The notes: a model not told the origin generated them from the sequence alone. Counted from the first letter of the stretch, positions 1 through 8,527 are shown. The stretch is DNA of 64,000 nucleotides from an uncultured Bdellovibrio sp. (GCA_963932905.1 CAWVRN010000014.1:1-64000); one strand, 5' to 3'. A program made the numbers and translations.

Positions 1-54
1 ACTTGATTTGACGATATTTTACTTGGCCTTAGCCGCAGGCTAAGGGACCAGTTC
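1..54. repeat. REP/MITE-like palindromic repeat copy (CCTTAGCC-GCA-GGCTAAGG hairpin followed by GACCAGTTC)
   Basis: 1..54 matches 43065..43118 with 2 mismatches; perfect 8-bp hairpin at 27..45. Confidence 0.85.
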
Positions 55-101
55 AAAACAACTACATGTACCTGGGTTCAAGACGGCAACGCGAATCCAG
101 A

Positions 102-1154
102 TTAATTTTTTAGTCCCTTAGGTGGATGAATTAAAATTCCAACTGGGACGGACATTAATGTTTGGTATTTTAACGTGACCGATTTTCCTGGTTCTAAAGA
201 CTCAACCAAAACTTTAGTGATACTATCCGTAAATAGTCCATTTTCAGCGCGTACCAAATATACGCCGCCGTCCTTCAAATAGACGATGTTCTTGGGAAGC
301 GTTCGATCACTAGATTGAAACACAGTTTCAATATTTTCAATAGGCACACTTTTATCATCACCAAACATAATTCCCTTGTTTGCCGACTTGATAGCATCGA
401 AATCGGTGGTTCCATGACTAGCATCGATTTCTACGATGTAACCGGCGCCGCTTTTTGAACCTTTTACGCTTAAACTTGTTTCTGATTTTTGAGCAAAATC
501 TAAAGGAACTTCATTGTTCGTGATTCCCGCACGCAATGTGACGTGTCGGACCACAGATAGCGACACGGGTTCGTCATCCCGCTTGGTTTGGATGGATTCT
601 AGCACGCTTTGGCCGCTGACTAGGACCGTCGTTTTATGCCGCAGGTTCATGCGTACATGAATGAAATCTTTAAATTCTGAAATCAGATACACATCGGTTT
701 CTAATTGACCTTCAGCATTAGTTACTTCGGCACTGAAACCTTCAGAGCCATTAATTTTGATATCGGAATATTTACGTGCTGGGTATTTGGCTTTTAGATA
801 CACTTTAAGATCTGTTAATGTTGGCCCCGCATTTCCTTCGATTTTTGCTTTAGTGACCGTCAGTTTTGATCCGTCATAGTTACTGATTTCTAACCCATTA
901 GCTAGCTCTGTTTTCTTCCATCCAAATGGTACAGAAATAAATAATTGCGTACCAGGAATAGGTTGTAGTGACAATTTGTAGACAAGAAAACGATTGGCTT
1001 TAACTTTGTTAGGTCCCACATCGACGCCGCCGTCTTGGGGCTTGCTATTTCCACTTGGATCCAGAATATCGATCGATTCACTTGGATTTACATTGTGTGT
1101 TGGCGAACAGGCCATTAGCACAGACGTAATAATAGCGGTTAAAATCAGTTTCAT
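102..1154 (-). CDS. hypothetical lipoprotein
   Basis: 350-aa ORF with lipobox-like N-terminus MKLILTAIITSVLMA-C; start overlaps the stop of the upstream regulator (ATGA). Confidence 0.75.
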   Translation of the reverse strand: MKLILTAIITSVLMACSPTHNVNPSESIDILDPSGNSKPQDGGVDVGPNKVKANRFLVYKLSLQPIPGTQLFISVPFGWKKTELANGLEISNYDGSKLTVTKAKIEGNAGPTLTDLKVYLKAKYPARKYSDIKINGSEGFSAEVTNAEGQLETDVYLISEFKDFIHVRMNLRHKTTVLVSGQSVLESIQTKRDDEPVSLSVVRHVTLRAGITNNEVPLDFAQKSETSLSVKGSKSGAGYIVEIDASHGTTDFDAIKSANKGIMFGDDKSVPIENIETVFQSSDRTLPKNIVYLKDGGVYLVRAENGLFTDSITKVLVESLEPGKSVTLKYQTLMSVPVGILIHPPKGLKN

Positions 1155-1987
1155 TGGACGTCTCCTGTGGTCAGCGCAAACAATTGGATGTTCATTTGAT
1201 AAACATCGTCTGGATTTGTGTACGCACTTGCGATTTGATTTATTTCTTTTCTGAAAGCTCGTATTTTATCTTGAATTTCTGACAATTTCTCTTTTGGGAT
1301 AGAAATGGTCGCGCTATTAACTTCTCTAGTTGAGGGGTGGTTGTGTCTCAAGGCATCGCTAGCCAGGCGATTCATCGATTGATGATACTCATAAACCGCC
1401 ATCGAACGTGTTTCGTCCCAAACACTCAAAGCACCCGAATTTTTCTGTTTATACCCCTTCTCGGCGTCGGCTTGGATCATATCTAAACGCAAAAGGGTTT
1501 GCAGTGCTTCGCTAGCTTGTGCTGACGTAATGCGATTTCCTAGTCGTTTAGCGATCCAGCTAGGACTGGCTTTAAAATTTCGTGTATCAATTAGAACGTA
1601 TATAGCGACAACGTACCACTTGGAGAGAAAGTCGAATTTTTCTTTCTCTAAGTTATGAACTTTCGCAAGTGTAGATTTAATAGAAATGATTTCAGCAAAG
1701 TACTTTGATTTCATTTCTAAATCTTCTGTTTGTGAAAATAGAACCATCATTTCAAAAAACTTGGCCTCTTTTTGAGAGAGTTTTAACGCATCAACAAATT
1801 TTGGTATTGTTTTCAGTGAAAGGTTTCGTGCACCATTAATAATCATCAATAAGTAAGACGGGGAACTGATACCGGCCTGCTTGGCAAAAACACGATGACT
1901 ATAATTAGGATTGTTTGATTTTTTGTGAGCATAATAATCCGATAGGTATAATCGGTAATCATTATATTCAAAAATATGTTTCGACAT
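1151..1987 (-). CDS. TIGR02147/DUF4423-family putative HTH regulator
   Basis: IFEYNDYRxYL...YSHRVFAKQAGISSPSYL...G.RNLS, WYVVAI, C-terminal VYQMNIQLFALT; likely start ATG 1987 (ORF extends to 2035). Confidence 0.85.
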   Translation of the reverse strand: MSKHIFEYNDYRLYLSDYYAHKKSNNPNYSHRVFAKQAGISSPSYLLMIINGARNLSLKTIPKFVDALKLSQKEAKFFEMMVLFSQTEDLEMKSKYFAEIISIKSTLAKVHNLEKEKFDFLSKWYVVAIYVLIDTRNFKASPSWIAKRLGNRITSAQASEALQTLLRLDMIQADAEKGYKQKNSGALSVWDETRSMAVYEYHQSMNRLASDALRHNHPSTREVNSATISIPKEKLSEIQDKIRAFRKEINQIASAYTNPDDVYQMNIQLFALTTGDVQ

Positions 1988-2076
1988 ATTCTTATTTTTG
2001 CTCAATCTAAAATTTCCTTGCTGTTCACAAAACATGAATGAACTCTAAAACTATCGCTACTGTGGTGTCTAGCAAA

Positions 2077-2244
2077 GTGCACGCAAAATGTATACATTTG
2101 TGTACACCACACCGACTGGGTGAAAACTTACAATTTAAGTAGAATCAACAGCTTAGCGGAAACAAGGCGTACACAGGCTCTGTAAGGTTTTCATGGAAAC
2201 AGCGATTTTTGAGCTTTTTCTAACGTGTACACTTTTGTGGACAT
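2077..2244. promoter_or_regulatory. divergent promoter region with repeated palindromic GTRYAC/GTGTACAC boxes
   Basis: GTGCAC 2077, AAATGTATACATTT 2086-2099, GTGTACAC 2100 and 2225, GCGTACAC 2167, GTGGACAT 2237. Confidence 0.45.
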
Positions 2245-2367
2245 CTTGTTTGTCCAATCTTCAAAAATAATTGGTCTCAAAAAAATTCTTTGTTACTTCC
2301 TCTTTGAACTTGAGACTTCGTTTTATTGGGAGCGAGTCCAAGAAAACCAACAAACATAGGAGATAAC

Positions 2368-2706
2368 ATGAACAAGAAAACAATAGCTGCCTTAGGTGCT
2401 TTTATCGCATCCCTTGTCGGGGCTGCTCAAGCGGAAACAGTAGTTCAAGCATTAGGAAATGCGGGCGTGCAAGGTATGGCTCGCGATGGTCGCATGGAAC
2501 TGAGTGTGGATCAGCTTTACACTGTAACCCAAGCCGCTCAACGGGCAGGTCTAGAGATTTCAGTAGTCGGTACTTCACCGAAAAAATTGGGTACGATCCA
2601 AATCCAAATTGGGGAAGTGAATAAACTACACCCGACAGGAATCAAAGTTTTTACTCCAAAAACAATAAAAGAAATTAGTGCTTTCGGTCCAATAGTCGCT
2701 AACTAA
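2368..2706 (+). CDS. small secreted protein, putative RiPP precursor/substrate ending in Asn
   Basis: AGGAG RBS before ATG 2368; Sec signal MNKKTIAALGAFIASLVGAAQA; C-terminus SAFGPIVAN; first gene of the operon, upstream of the ThiF enzyme. Confidence 0.7.
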   Translation: MNKKTIAALGAFIASLVGAAQAETVVQALGNAGVQGMARDGRMELSVDQLYTVTQAAQRAGLEISVVGTSPKKLGTIQIQIGEVNKLHPTGIKVFTPKTIKEISAFGPIVAN

Positions 2707-2766
2707 ACGGAACGTTTACAAAGTGTGGGCGTTTAATCGGCTGAATCCCTTTATGCGCCCTTTTAT

Positions 2767-3843
2767 ATGGAGTTATTTATGCAGAAAATAGAAAAATACT
2801 GCCTTAACCGGGGATTCAGTTTCAGATACGACGAAGCCAAGGAGACACTATTCGTTGGTTACAATCCACCAATTGCAAAATCAATTCAAGATTCAGGCGG
2901 TTTCCTTAAGGAAATGGTTGAAGTTTTTCAAAAGCCGACAACACTCGGTCAAGCTACTTATGATTTGTCAAAAAATCATTCCCTTGCTGATGTGACTTTG
3001 GGAATAGAAATGGCGGTGAAAAATTACTTCATCTTGCCGTATAAAAAGACAAGTCATAAAAAACTAGATCGTCACGATTTGTACGCGCGCTATTGTGATG
3101 TTAAAGAATCGCAAGAAAAACTTTTGAAAAATAAAAAAATTGCAATTGTTGGAGTCGGTGGCATTGGATCAAACTGTGCTATTTTAGCTAGTTCTGCCGG
3201 TATTAAAAGTCTTGTTTTAATTGATGCGGATGAAATCGAGCTATCCAATTTGACTCGCACTACGCTGTTTGCAGAGACAGATTTGGGCAAGAAAAAGGTT
3301 CAGGCCGCTAAAGATCAAATTAATCATTTACGTTCAGGTGTGAAAATTAAAACCAGTCTAAAACCTTTTACGGATGATAATTTGAATTTTTATTCAAAGT
3401 TATTAAAAGATATCGATGCGCTTATATTATGCGCGGACAGAGCTGAAGTTCATCAAACGGCATTAAAGATTTCTAAACAGCTAGGAATTCCATACATCAA
3501 TGCGGGTTATGCTGAATCGAATGGAGTTGTTGGTCCACTGGTCATACCAGGTAAAACATCGTGCTTTAATTGCGAACGTTTATCTCGTAAAGGAAATCAC
3601 CTCACTCTGAGAGAAATGAATCCATTTCTGCAAGCAGCTTCATTTGGTCCTCTGAATTATATGGTTTCGGGTTTGGCGATCGCAGAGATATTGAAACATT
3701 TCTGGGGACACACTTCGGCCTTAGAAAATGAACGCTGGATATTCGATAGCATCAATTTAGGTGTTACCAAAGAAAAATTAACTATTCATCCAAATTGCGA
3801 TCACCATCATAACGTGAGCTATCGCATTTCTAGCAAGGATTAA
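2767..3843 (+). CDS. ThiF/MccB-like (E1 family) adenylyltransferase with N-terminal RRE-sized extension
   Basis: IVGVGGIGS, DADEIELSNLTR, KVQAAK, YINAGY, VGPLVIPGKTSCFNC; about 100-aa N-terminal extension; start may be ATG 2779 (GGAG RBS). Confidence 0.9.
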   Translation: MELFMQKIEKYCLNRGFSFRYDEAKETLFVGYNPPIAKSIQDSGGFLKEMVEVFQKPTTLGQATYDLSKNHSLADVTLGIEMAVKNYFILPYKKTSHKKLDRHDLYARYCDVKESQEKLLKNKKIAIVGVGGIGSNCAILASSAGIKSLVLIDADEIELSNLTRTTLFAETDLGKKKVQAAKDQINHLRSGVKIKTSLKPFTDDNLNFYSKLLKDIDALILCADRAEVHQTALKISKQLGIPYINAGYAESNGVVGPLVIPGKTSCFNCERLSRKGNHLTLREMNPFLQAASFGPLNYMVSGLAIAEILKHFWGHTSALENERWIFDSINLGVTKEKLTIHPNCDHHHNVSYRISSKD

Positions 3844-3846
3844 AAA

Positions 3847-5049
3847 ATGATCGAAACGTTATTGCAAATTAAAGATCAGTATTTGTCTGAACGTGCTTAT
3901 TCGGGGCCATTTTATGTAATGGATAGCTCGATGATAGAATCCCGCGCTACCGAATTCAAGAAAAGTTTTTCACTCTTTCCCAGTGTGTCCTTTTTCTATT
4001 CCTATAAAACGAATTCGTTAAAAGATGTAGCTCAAAAAATGAAGTCTTTAGGCTATGGCGCCCAAGTTGTATCGGGTGATGAACTAGAATGCGCACTGCT
4101 CGACGGACATTTGGGAAAAAATATTGTTTTTGATGGTCCCGTAAAGAAGGAAAGTGAAATTAGGTTGGCCATTGAAAATGGCGTTACTATTCAGCTAGAC
4201 AGTTTTTTTGAGTGGCAAGAAATCAAACGACTTTTTCCAGACAGACTCAAAGAAATTAAATTAGGTTTACGATTGGCGCATGTTTTTGAGAAAAATCAAA
4301 TTTCTCGCTTCGGTTTCAACTCTGAAGAATTTCATTTAGTTTACGAAGATATTTATAAATCAGGGGCGGTTGTGTCTGGCGTTCATTTTCATGTCGGATC
4401 AAATCTGACCCATATTGAAAGCTACTTAATTGAGCTAGATCGTTACGTCGATGTCATCAAGAAGGTCGTTAGAGGAAAAACGGATGGAATGCCTTGGATA
4501 AATTTGGGGGGCGGTTTCCCCGCGCTCTCAAATAGGGAAGGCAAAGCTTTGCCTGATTTTACTCAGTGGAGTTTACGCTTGCTGACTCATTTGACGAGCA
4601 AAGGATTGAATCCAAACTCATTCACGTTAGCCTTAGAGCCGGGAAGAAATTTCGTAGAGGATGCCGGTTATCTTTTTTGTCAGGTGGTCACTTTAAAGCA
4701 TCGGGCCGGCGAAAATATACTAGTACTAGATACTGGCCTCAATCACGTGCATTCATTCCACAGTTGGCAGCATCGAATATTTCCACTGCAACATAAAACT
4801 TCAGGTGCTGAAAAGATCTATAAGGTGTACGGATCGAACTATTTTGAAAGCGATTTGTTTCATTTAGGATTACCGGTCGTTGATGCGGAACCTGGTGATT
4901 GGTTTGTGATCACCAACGTCGGTGGTTACGACATTCCGTCCATCAATCCGTGGACACGCAAGCATCCGGCAATATACTTTTATGAAAACAATAGGCTCTG
5001 CGTCTGTCGTCGCGGTTCAAGTGAATTGTCGTCTCGGGTGAGTCTGTGA
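3847..5049 (+). CDS. PLP-dependent decarboxylase, fold type III (LysA/ornithine decarboxylase-like)
   Basis: YSYKTNS (PLP lysine), DGPVK, SRFG, HFHVGS, NLGGGF, LEPGR, VGGY. Confidence 0.88.
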   Translation: MIETLLQIKDQYLSERAYSGPFYVMDSSMIESRATEFKKSFSLFPSVSFFYSYKTNSLKDVAQKMKSLGYGAQVVSGDELECALLDGHLGKNIVFDGPVKKESEIRLAIENGVTIQLDSFFEWQEIKRLFPDRLKEIKLGLRLAHVFEKNQISRFGFNSEEFHLVYEDIYKSGAVVSGVHFHVGSNLTHIESYLIELDRYVDVIKKVVRGKTDGMPWINLGGGFPALSNREGKALPDFTQWSLRLLTHLTSKGLNPNSFTLALEPGRNFVEDAGYLFCQVVTLKHRAGENILVLDTGLNHVHSFHSWQHRIFPLQHKTSGAEKIYKVYGSNYFESDLFHLGLPVVDAEPGDWFVITNVGGYDIPSINPWTRKHPAIYFYENNRLCVCRRGSSELSSRVSL

Positions 5050-5513
5050 GAGTTTTACTTTATAGTGTACTTATTATCTGGCTCGGCAGCAGTTTGGTCT
5101 GCACGGGATTAAATAAAAATATTTGGCCATTTCCTTCGCTTAACGTATTTAGCGAGTTACCTAAAGACAAATCCGGCCTTTGGGTCGTCAGAATCGCGAC
5201 TGATTCAAAAACATATGAACTTGATCCCGGCAATATTTTACCTATGGATTTTTTTGTGGCGCGCGCATTTGTAGGTGACGTGGCACGGTATCAAGACGAA
5301 AAAAAACTGCAGGCCTTACTAGATTACACTTATGACCATCTCAAAGAATCCCGCACAGGTTTTGACGAGCAATGGGGAAAACCCAAAATTTTTCCAGGTC
5401 AAAAAACGAATATTCAAATTGTTTTGAAAGTCTCAAAGACAGAGCGAACGCATAAATACGAAACGGTTCCACTTGGCGAGTATGTCATAGGAGAGAAAAC
5501 CTATGCCCAATAG
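5046..5513 (+). CDS. membrane-anchored hypothetical protein (SdpA-like / HTTM partner)
   Basis: single N-terminal hydrophobic segment followed by WPFPSLNVFS; GTGA overlap with the decarboxylase stop; overlaps the HTTM gene. Confidence 0.55.
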   Translation: MRVLLYSVLIIWLGSSLVCTGLNKNIWPFPSLNVFSELPKDKSGLWVVRIATDSKTYELDPGNILPMDFFVARAFVGDVARYQDEKKLQALLDYTYDHLKESRTGFDEQWGKPKIFPGQKTNIQIVLKVSKTERTHKYETVPLGEYVIGEKTYAQ

Positions 5514-6300
5514 CATACGTAGCGCAATCGTTAGAACTCTTTCCCTGTTTTTTGTCATATGGTCTATTTTTGGTCCTATTGATTCTAGTTTGATAGAATT
5601 TAAAACCATTCTTTTTGGGCCTTCGCTATTAAACGGAATTTCGTTTCTATTTTTTTTAAAGTTTTGTTTAATATTTTCTTCTATCGCTCTGGTGTTGCAG
5701 CCTAGGAGCTTGTGGTTGGGCCTCATTCAGCTTATTGCTGGTAGCTTGTTGTTATATGTTGGTTTGGTTTCTAACTCCGTTTGGAATTACAACACCCATA
5801 TCATTGTCATTGCTCTGTTAACTTATATAACAGGTCTTAGGGGTTCTGAGGCGGGTGAAAAGGACCTAGTCACTTGTGTTTCTTTAGTGTTCGCGACAAT
5901 TTATATTCAAGCGGCGATTTCAAAAGTGGCCGTATCAGGACTCGATTGGATGAACACTGGTTTAACTATTTATCGACACTTACTGAAGTTTAATCCTACT
6001 TTGTCTGCGATCTTGGATGGTAATCCGATACTATTCCAAATGGCAGGGTGGTTGACCGTGATCGGCGAACTAGTTTTAGGAAGTTTTTTTGCTATTCCGA
6101 AAACGCGAAAACTGGCTGCTATGCTATCGATCTCATTTCATATCATGCTCTGGTTTGCTTTTAATATCAGCTTTTGGCATTTGTGGATTTTCTATCCAGC
6201 GCTTTACTTTTCACAGAATAGGAACTCGTTTCTAGCTCGTCTTAATATCCAAGACTCCATTTGTAAAAGTCGGATGGGTCTGACCTCAAAACAGCTATAA
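5503..6300 (+). CDS. HTTM-domain membrane protein (vitamin K-dependent carboxylase/SdpB-like)
   Basis: multi-TM; WNYNTH, IYIQAAISKV, WMNTG, GELVLG, FHIML motifs. Confidence 0.78.
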   Translation: MPNSIRSAIVRTLSLFFVIWSIFGPIDSSLIEFKTILFGPSLLNGISFLFFLKFCLIFSSIALVLQPRSLWLGLIQLIAGSLLLYVGLVSNSVWNYNTHIIVIALLTYITGLRGSEAGEKDLVTCVSLVFATIYIQAAISKVAVSGLDWMNTGLTIYRHLLKFNPTLSAILDGNPILFQMAGWLTVIGELVLGSFFAIPKTRKLAAMLSISFHIMLWFAFNISFWHLWIFYPALYFSQNRNSFLARLNIQDSICKSRMGLTSKQL

Positions 6301-6375
6301 CGGAAATAGACAATGCGATACAAGGAATCCCTTTGCACCCAGAGCGTGGGTCTAACCAAACTCCATCGGGTGCAA
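6275..6375. repeat. TGGGTCTRACC repeat pair and TTGCACCC/GGGTGCAA hairpin at the operon end
   Basis: TGGGTCTGACC 6275, TGGGTCTAACC 6347; inverted 8-mer 6333-6340/6368-6375. Confidence 0.4.
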
Positions 6376-6395
6376 CCTGATTGTTTTGTTATAAA

Positions 6396-6647
6396 CTATA
6401 GTCCAGAGTCAGCTAATTTAGCTTTTAATTCTGTCACTCGGCGGCCCGTTATTTCAGATAAACAAGCTGCGATTTCAATTCCGTGAATAGATCCACCGCG
6501 AGAGTCGTAGTTGTCAAATTCACATTCAGCATCACGTAAAATAACCCACGCACGTTGGGCTTTTCTTAAGTAGGCTATTTTTTCATTTGCCACAGATTTT
6601 GGTTCGCCGCCGGTGCGAATTTGTTTGATCAATTGTTGGTAGGCCTT
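6396..6647 (-). pseudogene. 5'-truncated lysozyme inhibitor LprI (DUF1311)-like fragment
   Basis: KAYQQLIK...LRKAQRAWVILRDAEC...GGS...AACL..IT.RR..EL; upstream in-frame stops, no signal peptide. Confidence 0.7.
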
Positions 6648-6881
6648 GGGTGGGAGGTTGTTTATTGGATAAAGTTATCATTGGCCGGGCGATCGATGCA
6701 GTGTTTAGAATTTGGACACTAGAATTTACAATTTCAAAGTGTGAATAGGGGGCAATTGTGGCTGTTGCCTGAAATTTGTTTAAAAATAGTGAATGGAAGA
6801 CAGGTTTAAATTTTAAACCTTGTGATTGTCACTGAGAGTACGTATAAATCGGCGCACCACAAATAGATAAGGATTGAGTCA

Positions 6882-7466
6882 ATGGAAGAAGTTTCTAATG
6901 GTGGCCTAGAACAGCTACACTGCGACGAATGTAAAACAGGCCACAGTATAGAGCAGGTATTGGGCCTGTGCGATCTTAAACTTACATTTCCGAATAACTG
7001 GGCTTCTTTCACTTGCACCGCGTGTGAGGAAGAAAACGATGTCGAAATTAGCGAAAATGAAATAAAAGTTGGTATCATTGCTGGTAAGCCCCCAGAGTTC
7101 GAAGTTCTCCATTCTGCACCAATGGGCGACATCAAATTTAAAGTTATCGATGAAAAAGAAAAACAAGGTCTTTTGGTCACTCTGTCAGATAATCGTGTTT
7201 TATTTGTTCGAACGGCTAGTATTTTGGTCAAGGCGACACTGGTGTCCGTGAATGCAAAAGAAATAGTTTTTGATTTTGGATTTGTTCATAAGGTAGTTGG
7301 GCGCCTTTCTATTAGACGTTCCGACAGAGTGATTCGTTTGCTTTCGGAGGGGGGCGATCCTGAAGAGCTGAGTTTTTTTTATCCGACGGTGGGACACGCT
7401 CTCATTCAGCAGTGTGCCAATTTGACCACGGAAACTAAAGAATTTAGATTTATGATGAAGACCTAA
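6882..7466 (+). CDS. hypothetical protein with two CxxC motifs
   Basis: 194-aa ORF; CDEC and CTAC. Confidence 0.55.
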   Translation: MEEVSNGGLEQLHCDECKTGHSIEQVLGLCDLKLTFPNNWASFTCTACEEENDVEISENEIKVGIIAGKPPEFEVLHSAPMGDIKFKVIDEKEKQGLLVTLSDNRVLFVRTASILVKATLVSVNAKEIVFDFGFVHKVVGRLSIRRSDRVIRLLSEGGDPEELSFFYPTVGHALIQQCANLTTETKEFRFMMKT

Positions 7467-7500
7467 CCACTAAAAAAATGGCTCTAAGTTAATATTTTTC

Positions 7501-7529
7501 TTGAACTCACTAGCATTAATAGCTACAGT
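7501..7529 (+). promoter_or_regulatory. sigma70-type promoter for tRNA-Leu
   Basis: TTGAAC-17 nt-TACAGT just upstream of the tRNA. Confidence 0.55.
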
Positions 7530-7543
7530 TTAAACCTTCTGCT

Positions 7544-7630
7544 GGCCTTGTGGTGGAATTGGTAGACGCGCTGGACTCAAAATCCAGTGCCCGCAAGGGC
7601 GTGGGAGTTCGATTCTCCCCGGGGCCACCA
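7544..7630 (+). tRNA. tRNA-Leu(CAA)
   Basis: GGCCTTG/CGGGGCC acceptor stem, CTGGA-CTCAAAA-TCCAG anticodon arm, long variable arm, GGGAG-TTCGATT-CTCCC, encoded CCA. Confidence 0.97.
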
Positions 7631-7765
7631 TTTTTTGAACTCCGCATTCTCATTTCGCGAAAATCGCCTAACTTGACTAATTTTGGTCGCGAAAATTCTG
7701 ATGTTCTCTTGGTCTATTCTCCTAGCCTTTAGATTAATTTAAAAAAGGCCGACTCAAGGTAACAG

Positions 7766-8416
7766 ATGAAGTTGATATATGCACTAGTCCGAATCGCAAT
7801 TTTTAATTTTGTATTGTCGCTACTTTTAACGCCTTTTTGGGCTATTGGCTATGTACTTTTCTTAAGAAGTTACGGTAGTCTTTGTATAGACATCCTTTCG
7901 ATTGATCCTCTTAATTGGTTTACAGATTTGATTGCGGGACCAGAAGTTTGGAGCGTCACTTGCTCCAACTACGAATGTTTTCAAGTTTATGGCGAAGCTG
8001 TGCTTTCCAGGATAAGTGCCATCACGATCTCAATTGGTATGTCAAATAGACTGTATGAATGGTTGAAAGGTCGTCCGCTAATTAAACTAGATTTGATCGG
8101 TTTTTATGTTAAAGGCCCCTTCTATTTGGCCCAATACTGTAGTCTGCTTTTATCTTTATTGGTGCTAATAGAAATGCGATGGGTGTCGGCATTTGTGTTG
8201 TTGTTAATATCGTTTGGAGCAAAAAAAATGCTAAGAAATGCAGAGTTTGCCAAATATTTTATAACACTTGTTTCGGTTACACTAAGTGCCATTGATCCAG
8301 CGCTTTTAAAGGATTCAGATTTTGGAAATAGTTTTGATAGTTTGCAGGAACGGAAAAGCAATTCATCGGAGAATAGAACGAAAAGTGATGAACTAAATAA
8401 AGATAAAGTGGGCTGA
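7766..8416 (+). CDS. hypothetical membrane protein
   Basis: 216-aa ORF with several hydrophobic segments. Confidence 0.6.
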   Translation: MKLIYALVRIAIFNFVLSLLLTPFWAIGYVLFLRSYGSLCIDILSIDPLNWFTDLIAGPEVWSVTCSNYECFQVYGEAVLSRISAITISIGMSNRLYEWLKGRPLIKLDLIGFYVKGPFYLAQYCSLLLSLLVLIEMRWVSAFVLLLISFGAKKMLRNAEFAKYFITLVSVTLSAIDPALLKDSDFGNSFDSLQERKSNSSENRTKSDELNKDKVG

Positions 8417-8527
8417 TCACTGTCTCATCTCAGGAGTTGACTACCAAACAACTACTTTAAAAATATTTTTTCGACCTAGTATTTTATATTCTGTCAACGG
8501 GTGGTTGCTGCCGCTTGTAAAATAGTC

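Noticed and set aside
2767..3843. calling this gene moeB/thiF or a ubiquitin-like defence E1
   Set aside because: No ThiS/MoaD/Ubl, E2, JAB or rhodanese partner nearby, and the N-terminal extension fits RiPP-type enzymes better.
3847..5049. calling this gene housekeeping lysA
   Set aside because: Divergent active-site motif and an operon context with ThiF/HTTM; only the fold-level call is supported.
6806..7397. several overlapping short or antisense ORFs
   Set aside because: Shadows of the 6882-7466 ORF.
7550..7732. 60-aa ORF MVELVDALDSKSS...
   Set aside because: It is a translation of the tRNA-Leu gene.
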